Assembly (NCBI GenBank): GCA_021817785.1
Contig: JAKAFY010000002.1
Span: forward strand, 11,750 to 75,749
Source of the DNA: a bacterium
GTDB taxonomy: Bacteria > Patescibacteriota > Microgenomatia > UBA10105 > UBA927
Length of the DNA stretch: 64,000 bases
Direction of reading: 5' to 3'
Every line of letters starts with the position of its first letter. Within the stretch, counting starts at the first letter, position 1. Position numbers and translations under genes: made by a program. The notes below the pieces were generated by a model, which was given only the letters and a program-made list of their open reading frames with translations, made no database searches and had not been told where the DNA came from. This document shows, one piece after another, positions 17,252-24,894 of this stretch.

Positions 17252-18298
17252 ATGAGTGAAATGGCATCACAGACACCGGGAGAGATAAGGAATAAAATAC
17301 CAGTAGGGGCAAAACCGCTGGAGCGGAGCGTTTTGATAGGTATGTGGGATGTAACCAAAAAAGCAGTGGAGAGTCAGAGCGCTCGTGCATGGAACGAACG
17401 GATTATCAAAACGATAAATGAAAAGATCATCCCGAAACGCACTCCAGAAGAACTTGCATTTATCGCCAAACATCACATGGCGATCGAACGAGCTGCGACA
17501 GTCTCGGGGATTATTATTTCCTCCGCGGAAATATATACAGTTTTTTTGCTTGCCGCTCTAGGGAAATTGCAAATTGACCGCATGAGGGCGGTTTCCCGCT
17601 ATCGAGAGGCATTACAGAAGCATTTTGCCGCAGACCCCGGATTTCAGGATATAAAGCGTGTATATGATGGTATCCATTCCGGTAAAAAAACCGTCGGCTT
17701 TTTCGCATTTGCTACGGCTATAAATACCTTGTTAAACCAGATTGAATCAGGACAACGGCAGCAAATCAATGCGATGCTGCGTACGCCAAAAAATATACAA
17801 GAGGCCGACATCGTGCTGGAACGGATCTATAAGTCAGCATTTTGTGAAGCGAAAAATATAGAACGCCGGGCGTTAGGTCAGCCGGCGTTACCTCTCGATA
17901 ACCCCCGGCTGGCAGAGGAAGCGAACGCATCCTATGGAGAATGGAGAAACATACAGTGGAGGGGGTTGGATGGTGTTCTGCACCAGATGCGCTTTCCCCG
18001 TGGCCGAAAACGGGGATTATATCAGGCGATGCAAGGGGTGGACAATCACGCAATACTTGCCCAGTACATACAAAGCATTATGCCTTTGACCGGCGATGAA
18101 GCCATGTTAGGTGGTCCGCCAATCGTCGTTGATGAATCTGTCGAACACGATGGAACAATAGTGCACCGGGAGAAAAAATATCATGGCCCTCCACAATCTC
18201 CTGTTGGGCTTCGCGAAGGGCGTGAATATCAACTAAACGCAAAAGGACGGATGAAGACACGAAGAAATGAACATGGTCAAAATGGGAATGTCTGGTGA
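17252..18298 (+). CDS. paralog-array protein 1 (conserved N-terminal module, variable C-terminus)
   Basis: N-terminal roughly 90 aa share a pattern with the four downstream genes (G...A.K......GK..L..Y..L....T.EEKK, then a hydrophobic helix AIGW/VSGI...). Confidence 0.55.
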   Translation: MSEMASQTPGEIRNKIPVGAKPLERSVLIGMWDVTKKAVESQSARAWNERIIKTINEKIIPKRTPEELAFIAKHHMAIERAATVSGIIISSAEIYTVFLLAALGKLQIDRMRAVSRYREALQKHFAADPGFQDIKRVYDGIHSGKKTVGFFAFATAINTLLNQIESGQRQQINAMLRTPKNIQEADIVLERIYKSAFCEAKNIERRALGQPALPLDNPRLAEEANASYGEWRNIQWRGLDGVLHQMRFPRGRKRGLYQAMQGVDNHAILAQYIQSIMPLTGDEAMLGGPPIVVDESVEHDGTIVHREKKYHGPPQSPVGLREGREYQLNAKGRMKTRRNEHGQNGNVW

Positions 18299-18322
18299 GT
18301 ATAATGAGATACGGAGGAATAT

Positions 18323-19906
18323 ATGGTTGAGGGTGCAGGAATACGAGAGTCATCGCTGATATCGCCTGAGCCGTCCAAAAAGACGGTACTCTATGGTATT
18401 GGACGGGCGGGGGAGGCAATCAATAAACAATTAGGGCCGAAAGCCTGGGAACAGCGGGTGGACAACGCCATAAGCACGTACATTATCCCTCATGTTTCTC
18501 CCGAGATGCGGGAGACGATAGAAACGTATAAGCCGGAAATAGCCAAATGGTCGGGCTGGGCGATTACCGGCGCCGAAGTGGCGGTAGTAGCTGCCGCAAC
18601 CTATGGTGGCATCCGGTTGGTGGTGAACAAACTTCATAAGCGGCACGTTCCCACTCCAAATTCTCCTGTTCCGGTTACCCCGGATTTGCATATTCGTTCT
18701 GATGCGAAGGAATGGTGGGAACGCATACGCATGGAGGGAGACATACCTGAAGATGATTCCGGTCTTGATTTGCTTAGAAAATTGAGTGCAAAAAAGCCCG
18801 CACCCCCGCCAGTATTTGTTGTAGGTCCGGACGAAGTTCCGTCATGGCTTCGTGAATTAGCAGGGGATCATGCGCCGGCCGGTGCCAAAGCAGATAATGT
18901 TCCTGATTGGGTGCAGGAAGTTATGCATCGCCGCACGTTACAGGGCGCTGATAAAGTGCCAGATTTTTTGAGAAAAATATCCGCACGCAACCATGTATCA
19001 CAAGCCAGCGAAGCGGCTGCGAGCGACATTGGTTCTCATACTTCACGATGGTGGCAAGACCGAGCTGCCGCAGGGTTGGATACGTCTGTATTGCACACCG
19101 TACGCAAAATACCCAAACCCAGGACCAGATCATCGCCTTCGTCCGTTCCGATCAAGGATTTGCCCGTTCATACCAGGATATATTTTGACAAGAAAAAGAT
19201 ACAGAACATTTTTGCACGGAGACGTTCTCGACGTATTCGGGATATTCAAAACCAGGTACGGCGGGTAAAAGAACGCCGTTTTTCGGACTTGGCGCACCCG
19301 ATCGACCCAATGGCTTCGGCCAATGCAGTCGTTCAGGTCTCCCCACGTGCGGAAGAATATCAACAGTTACTCAGACGAAAACGGGCTGAAACAGAACGAC
19401 TGTATATAGACGATATGCGCCTGCGGCAAGAGATGAGAGAAAATGCGAGGCTCCGGGCTCTCGAGAAGAAACGAGCAATACTGAAAGAAAAAATAGATGC
19501 AGTAAGAAAAAGAATGGGGGAACACCCTTATGCCGTCCAAATGGTAGCTCCGCGTATACAAGATGAGATTACGCGGGCAGCACAGTCCAAGGTACTTACT
19601 GCCAATCCGGTCCGGTCCGAGCAACAGGGATGGATTGCGGATCAGCTTCGGGAGGTGATGGAACGGATACATGAACCAAAGGTTCGCAGGCAGTTAGATC
19701 GGTTGCTCATAGCCCCGACAGATCTAACATCATCAGCAGAACGCGCTGAAGTCGGCCGTATCGTCACTGATTTATTTCAGGCAGTTCAGTCGGACAAAAC
19801 CCCCTCAATGCAGGCAACAGTTATTCAGCGGGGCAGTCAGTGGGTTTCGCTTGGTATGCCCGGGCTACATCATGTGATTGATTATTTCATCTCACATAGA
19901 AAATAA
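18323..19906 (+). CDS. paralog-array protein 2, with an Arg/Glu-rich coiled-coil C-terminus
   Basis: Conserved N-terminal module (KTVLYGIGRAGEAINKQ...SGWAITGAEVAVVAAATYG). The C-terminus has RRRSRRIRDIQNQVRRVKERR and long R/E-rich helices. Confidence 0.55.
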   Translation: MVEGAGIRESSLISPEPSKKTVLYGIGRAGEAINKQLGPKAWEQRVDNAISTYIIPHVSPEMRETIETYKPEIAKWSGWAITGAEVAVVAAATYGGIRLVVNKLHKRHVPTPNSPVPVTPDLHIRSDAKEWWERIRMEGDIPEDDSGLDLLRKLSAKKPAPPPVFVVGPDEVPSWLRELAGDHAPAGAKADNVPDWVQEVMHRRTLQGADKVPDFLRKISARNHVSQASEAAASDIGSHTSRWWQDRAAAGLDTSVLHTVRKIPKPRTRSSPSSVPIKDLPVHTRIYFDKKKIQNIFARRRSRRIRDIQNQVRRVKERRFSDLAHPIDPMASANAVVQVSPRAEEYQQLLRRKRAETERLYIDDMRLRQEMRENARLRALEKKRAILKEKIDAVRKRMGEHPYAVQMVAPRIQDEITRAAQSKVLTANPVRSEQQGWIADQLREVMERIHEPKVRRQLDRLLIAPTDLTSSAERAEVGRIVTDLFQAVQSDKTPSMQATVIQRGSQWVSLGMPGLHHVIDYFISHRK

Positions 19907-19907
19907 T

Positions 19908-20729
19908 ATGCCCGAACGAAAAAAAACAGTCAGTCATAATACACCGTTCGTTGAACGGATGTTTATCGGTGTCGCACGCGCACCCAAAGCCTGGTCGGAA
20001 TATCAGGGGAGAAAGGCACTTGATATCTATGATGCGCTCAAATTTACCAAATTAACCTCCGAAGAAACAAAAATAGCAGATAAAACCCGTGCGTTTATCA
20101 ACAAACACCAAAAAGCTATCGGCTGGACGGCAACCGCATTCGAGATCGCTGTGATAGCAAAGATAGCGGCAGCAGGATACGGGCGATTGCATAAAAATAG
20201 CGACCATATAGTACAGGACTCGCAACCCGCATTCCCAACAGACTATGTCGCTGATTTGGCACCGGAGAGGGCAACCATGAAAGACGTCGTATCCGTATTG
20301 GCGATGGGTATTGTTCCGAAAGATCAATCTGCGGCGATTCTCGAAGCGCATTTTGCTCAATTTGCCGCAAAAAACAGTATTCCCATTCATCTGAAAGCAG
20401 AGAACACGCAATTACTATTCTCCCTTATAGGGGACGCGATACTCGGATGGAGGGGAATAGCGCAGGAATTTTTCACGGCTGATTTTTACACGCTTTGCAC
20501 AGCGATCTTTCTGAGGATAGCGTCCACGGACAAGGAAGACTCAATAGACTTGATGCATCAGGCTACGTTTGTATTGGACGGAGCATTTCCACATGATCCC
20601 CCTCAGGACGATGGTCCGGTGCAGACGGGTGTTGATGTCTGGAAATCACTCCAATTTTTCGGCATGAAAGATATTGCGTATCATTTTATTTCGGTATTTA
20701 AACGGAACGCTCATGAAGGAACAGCATAA
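19908..20729 (+). CDS. paralog-array protein 3
   Basis: ATG immediately follows the upstream stop. N-terminus FVERMFIGVARAPKAW...TSEETKIADK...AIGWTATAFEIAVIAKIAAAGYG. Confidence 0.55.
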   Translation: MPERKKTVSHNTPFVERMFIGVARAPKAWSEYQGRKALDIYDALKFTKLTSEETKIADKTRAFINKHQKAIGWTATAFEIAVIAKIAAAGYGRLHKNSDHIVQDSQPAFPTDYVADLAPERATMKDVVSVLAMGIVPKDQSAAILEAHFAQFAAKNSIPIHLKAENTQLLFSLIGDAILGWRGIAQEFFTADFYTLCTAIFLRIASTDKEDSIDLMHQATFVLDGAFPHDPPQDDGPVQTGVDVWKSLQFFGMKDIAYHFISVFKRNAHEGTA

Positions 20730-21783
20730 ATCAGCGGATGCACCGCGCGTAAAACAGGTGTTTGTCGGGGTAGGAAATGCACTGAAACATATGACTCCCG
20801 AACATCAGGGAAAAGGCATATTGGCTCTGTACGACCATCTGTATTATTCTACGCTGACGGATGAAGAGAAAAAAGTGAAAGGCAAACTCCGGCCGATTAT
20901 AGAAAAGAATACCGCCGCCATCGGCTGGGCAGCAACGGGAGTAGAAGCAGCCACTCTCATCGCAATTGTTGCTATGGGTCTCAAGAAGTTTCGCTCAACG
21001 CGTGCTTCGGAAATGAATGCCGCAATAAAAGATGGAGTGATTCCCCAGCCAAAATTTATGCGTCCGGATGGAGAATTCCTTACGGAAGTCAGGCAGGGGC
21101 TTATGCGCACACATAATGAATTCAAATCAGAAGATATCGAGCTGATGTTGCATATGGCATTTGGCCAACGACCCACAGCAAAAGTAGCAGGAGCGATTGA
21201 TGAAGCCCTTCGGGAACGAAGCAGTCTGAACGATGCACACCTGGAAGGCGCATTCATAGAGCACGTCTATACTATATACAATAAACTGCCGATCCTTCGT
21301 AGGAGTATCGATAAGGATTTAGCGGTTCTCCATGAGGCAAATTTCCCCGGATTTGAACATATTATCATGGAACAGTGGAAATGTATGCCGGAGTCTCTTG
21401 CGACAACCGTTATCGATGCGCTCTCTAAGCATGTTGATTTGGCTGCGGCTAAACAACTTTGGGAGTTGCTGCATCCGTATCGAGAGGAGGCGTATACTTT
21501 TGAATCCTTTGCGAGTCCGCTTCACTGGAGTTCGATGTGGAACGGGCTTATATGGGGAGTGTTTGAGCGGTTTGTGCATATGCCAAGATCGGCAGAAGAA
21601 CGGAGCGCTTTGTTGAATCAGCCGGATATGTCGGAAGCGTGGTATACATTTTTTCAGTCATTCCGTATAGATGATCCGACGCATATAGCACAGCACATAC
21701 TCGACGACATATGTATAAAAGGGGCACGAGAGCTCGGGGACAGTTTTTTGAACAAATCCGTGTTGGAAAAACTGATAGGATGA
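20713..21783 (+). CDS. paralog-array protein 4
   Basis: 17-nt overlap with the upstream gene. N-terminus VKQVFVGVGNALKHMTPEHQGKGILALYDHLYYSTLTDEEKKVKGK...AIGWAATGVEAATLIAIVAMGL. Confidence 0.55.
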   Translation: MKEQHKSADAPRVKQVFVGVGNALKHMTPEHQGKGILALYDHLYYSTLTDEEKKVKGKLRPIIEKNTAAIGWAATGVEAATLIAIVAMGLKKFRSTRASEMNAAIKDGVIPQPKFMRPDGEFLTEVRQGLMRTHNEFKSEDIELMLHMAFGQRPTAKVAGAIDEALRERSSLNDAHLEGAFIEHVYTIYNKLPILRRSIDKDLAVLHEANFPGFEHIIMEQWKCMPESLATTVIDALSKHVDLAAAKQLWELLHPYREEAYTFESFASPLHWSSMWNGLIWGVFERFVHMPRSAEERSALLNQPDMSEAWYTFFQSFRIDDPTHIAQHILDDICIKGARELGDSFLNKSVLEKLIG

Positions 21784-21784
21784 T

Positions 21785-22648
21785 ATGCATATGCCGGAAG
21801 TGTCTCGGACAACCTACCATGCCAAAGATACGCTCAAACGCGTCCTGATAGGCTCATGGAATGCAGTCAAACCTGAGCACCAGGGGAAAAAAGTGCTGGA
21901 ATTTTATGAAAAACTTCGGTTCCCAAAATATACGGACGAAGAAAAGAAAGTCGCAGACAGAATATATCTTCTGCTGAAAACGCATTCGAACGCCGTGGGA
22001 GTCGGGGCAATCGTTGGAGAGACGGCGGTGGCAGCTGCAGTCGTGTGGGGATATACACGTTTAAAACATCATAAGAAGTCTCTGCTACGGTCACAAGAAG
22101 GGCAACCTGCAGAGAAAATAAGCGGAGAGGTACTCTCGGTTGATGATTATCTTCAGAATACATTGGTCCCTCGCGATACCGCCATAGGTATTGTTATGGA
22201 TGAAGGAGTTGAAACATGGGGGATAGAAAAAAGAATATTAGATATATTAGGATATCACGATGAAGATCGTGTTGGTGAGATGGCATTTCTGCTTGGCTGT
22301 GCTGCACGAGTGCTCGATCCGATGAAGCCAAACGAACTACAGTTGGGTGATATCGGCACCGTGCTTTTGGATCCGAAGAACTTCGAAAAAATGAATGAAC
22401 TAGCGAATCACACTCCTCTGGAAAGCGGATTTCAGGCATTTCCCGTGGATCCGCATGTGGTTATAGACCGTCTTCGGTTCCTGTTTCGGGATGCTCCGGG
22501 CGGGTCTGACCTCTTTACGTATTGGGGCAGAGTTTTGCGTTTTACCGGGCTCCACGCCCTTATTCCCGGAGGGACGACACGTACGGATGGCGGCGCGGGT
22601 GTCCATCGGGTCTTGACGTGGCTATATATGGCCATGTCCTCATCGTAG
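21785..22648 (+). CDS. paralog-array protein 5
   Basis: ATG lies 1 nt after the upstream stop. N-terminus LKRVLIGSWNAVKPEHQGKKVLEFYEKLRFPKYTDEEKKVADR...AVGVGAIVGETAVAAAVVWGY. Confidence 0.55.
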   Translation: MHMPEVSRTTYHAKDTLKRVLIGSWNAVKPEHQGKKVLEFYEKLRFPKYTDEEKKVADRIYLLLKTHSNAVGVGAIVGETAVAAAVVWGYTRLKHHKKSLLRSQEGQPAEKISGEVLSVDDYLQNTLVPRDTAIGIVMDEGVETWGIEKRILDILGYHDEDRVGEMAFLLGCAARVLDPMKPNELQLGDIGTVLLDPKNFEKMNELANHTPLESGFQAFPVDPHVVIDRLRFLFRDAPGGSDLFTYWGRVLRFTGLHALIPGGTTRTDGGAGVHRVLTWLYMAMSSS

Positions 22649-22746
22649 TGTATTTTTCTTATTGCATATGTTTCGATATTTCCTCATACTTATATTCTTG
22701 TAATGTACCGCACAATCTCATGCGCGAACGACTGACCGTTACTAGT

Positions 22747-23007
22747 ATGACAGAACAATCATCCCCAGCGCCAAGACACACGGATGAGGGTGCCTTGCGG
22801 CATCCCGGGGTCCCGGCGACGTCCATAGAAGAAGAAGCATTGCGCGCAAACGCGAAGGTCCAGGGTGTGGAAGGAAAAGAGAGTGAAGAAGTGTCTGCAA
22901 TAGAACCGGGAAATGCCCCTGCAAAACTCCCTGAGTCCGGGCCGGTAAAGATACTTAATGACCGCCGCCGCCCTATCGTAAACCACCACGGTAAACATTC
23001 GTTTTAG
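22747..23007 (+). CDS. small acidic hypothetical protein
   Basis: 86-aa Glu/Pro/Ala-rich ORF from the ATG at 22747 with no recognisable domain. Confidence 0.25.
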   Translation: MTEQSSPAPRHTDEGALRHPGVPATSIEEEALRANAKVQGVEGKESEEVSAIEPGNAPAKLPESGPVKILNDRRRPIVNHHGKHSF

Positions 23008-23056
23008 CACTATATTTCTTGTTGATTGTTCGTGCTCTTTTTCATAGGATAGAAAT

Positions 23057-23368
23057 ATGATCCTTCTTTATCATGAAGAAGTGAGATTATTTATCCGGAC
23101 TTTGGAAAAGTCCACACAATCGAAAACGCTACGTGGATTAGATCTTCTTGAAAAATATGGTATGAGTGTCGGATTGCCTCATGTGAAGAAAGTCACGAGG
23201 ATGCTTTATGAATTACGCATTCGAGGTGTTCAGGAAATACGAATATTTTTCGTATCCCAACAATCTAGAATTGTATTACTGCACGGATTTATCAAAAAAT
23301 CTCAAAAAATTCCTCAAAAAGAGATTCGAGTTGCGCAAAAGCGATGGGAGATGTTGACAAGAATATAA
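23057..23368 (+). CDS. type II toxin, HigB/RelE-like (Gp49/DUF891 family)
   Basis: LYELRIRGVQEIRIFFVSQQSRIVLLHGFIKKSQKIPQKEIRVAQKRWE matches the Gp49-like toxin signature. It is followed 23 bp later by an XRE-family HTH gene. Confidence 0.75.
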   Translation: MILLYHEEVRLFIRTLEKSTQSKTLRGLDLLEKYGMSVGLPHVKKVTRMLYELRIRGVQEIRIFFVSQQSRIVLLHGFIKKSQKIPQKEIRVAQKRWEMLTRI

Positions 23369-23391
23369 CATATATGTGATACTATGAACCT

Positions 23392-23679
23392 ATGAATATA
23401 AATGATCTTAAATCATTTTCTCAATTAAAAAAAGAATTACTCGCAGATCCAGAAGTTAAACGAGCATATGATGCCTTGGAGCCGGAGTTTGCACTCATCC
23501 GTTCGGTCATAGAAAAACGATTGGCAAAAAAGATGTCCCAAAAGGATTTGGCAGATAAAATGGGGACCAAACAATCGGCTATTTCTCGATTGGAATCTGG
23601 GACGGCAAATCCGTCTATGAAGTTTCTCCAAAAAGTCGCAACCGCCCTTGATGCGCGCCTCACCGTGGCTATTCAATAA
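23392..23679 (+). CDS. HTH XRE-family antitoxin (HigA-like)
   Basis: MSQKDLADKMGTKQSAISRLESGTANPSMKFLQKVATAL is a classic Cro/C1-type HTH. It is 95 aa and lies directly downstream of the toxin. Confidence 0.8.
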   Translation: MNINDLKSFSQLKKELLADPEVKRAYDALEPEFALIRSVIEKRLAKKMSQKDLADKMGTKQSAISRLESGTANPSMKFLQKVATALDARLTVAIQ

Positions 23680-23691
23680 GAGAATTAGCAC

Positions 23692-24894
23692 TCAATGATG
23701 TTTGATTGCTAGTGTTAGCAGTCGATAGTATCCAGTGACAATTTGGTGCCAATCAAAGTGATGGACAAGATGTTTTTGGAGCACTTTGGCAATCTTTTTC
23801 CGTTTTTCCGTATGGGTAAGTGCCCATAAAAGTGCTGCCCGTATGGCATGGTCATCTCCTGCAGGAATGAGTTTGCCGGTTTTATTGGGTACTATGACTT
23901 CCCGTACGCCCGCTACGTCGGTTGCTATGACGTATGCGCCGCTTGCACCCGCTTCCAGGATAACGTTGGGGAATCCTTCGTTATGATGGGAAGGGTGTAC
24001 AAATATGTCCGAAGCTTGGAGCGTATCGCGGACACCTTTGGTGTTTAGTGGACCCAGGAAAACGACACGGTTTTCCAGATTGTCCTGCCGAATCTGTTTT
24101 TTTATGGAGTCGGATAACGGACCATCACCTGCTATGGCGAAATAGACATTGCGTTTGAGTTTTGGGAACAACTGCCGAAATATTTTGTATATTTTAAGCG
24201 CCCCTTTGGCCCAGATGAGGCGACCGACAAAAGTGATAAAGATGTCTGTAGGCTTTACCTTGCGGCGTATGCCTGGTATACGACGTTTATTTCGCGCGAT
24301 AGGAGAAAAGTATGCAGTATCCACGCCGCCGTATACGAGCCGGATATTTTGTTTGAATGTATATGTGCGATTGAGAAACAATTGGGCAGATTTATTGGTT
24401 GCTGTGACAAGATCATAGCGGGGGAGGCTCCATGCAGCAAGGGTGTGGTCGACGAGGTTGGCTATGGCCTCTACTGTTTGATTTTCGTGTACCGGACGAC
24501 CCGCTACGTGTTCTGTGAATATACTTTTGGCTCCGATTATTTTGGCATACAGCCACGTCCACCAGGCCGAGTCGAAAAACCGCAGGTGGGTATGGACAAA
24601 CGTATAGTTATTGTGAGCCAGTTTGGATAATACCATGCAGAGTGCAATAGGATTTGGAAGAGCAAACTGGTCAGGGAGTATCTGCCAGCCGGGTATTCGG
24701 TATATCGTAAGACCGCGATAGGTTTCTACCGCGGGAGCATTGTCGGTGTTATAGCACACCACATCCACGGAGATGTGTTTATACGTTTCCATAAGGTGGA
24801 CGTAGAGCTCTTCCATATACCGCTGACTCCCCCCGATATGGGGGTAGAAGTACGGAGAGATAAGGAGGATATGTAATTGTGTTTTGCGTTTCAT
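23692..24894 (-). CDS. GT4-family glycosyltransferase
   Basis: N-terminal GGSQRY donor/acceptor fold, and the C-terminal EGFPNVILEAGASGAYVIATDVAGVREVI matches the GT4 E-x7-E motif region. Confidence 0.85.
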   Translation of the reverse strand: MKRKTQLHILLISPYFYPHIGGSQRYMEELYVHLMETYKHISVDVVCYNTDNAPAVETYRGLTIYRIPGWQILPDQFALPNPIALCMVLSKLAHNNYTFVHTHLRFFDSAWWTWLYAKIIGAKSIFTEHVAGRPVHENQTVEAIANLVDHTLAAWSLPRYDLVTATNKSAQLFLNRTYTFKQNIRLVYGGVDTAYFSPIARNKRRIPGIRRKVKPTDIFITFVGRLIWAKGALKIYKIFRQLFPKLKRNVYFAIAGDGPLSDSIKKQIRQDNLENRVVFLGPLNTKGVRDTLQASDIFVHPSHHNEGFPNVILEAGASGAYVIATDVAGVREVIVPNKTGKLIPAGDDHAIRAALLWALTHTEKRKKIAKVLQKHLVHHFDWHQIVTGYYRLLTLAIKHH

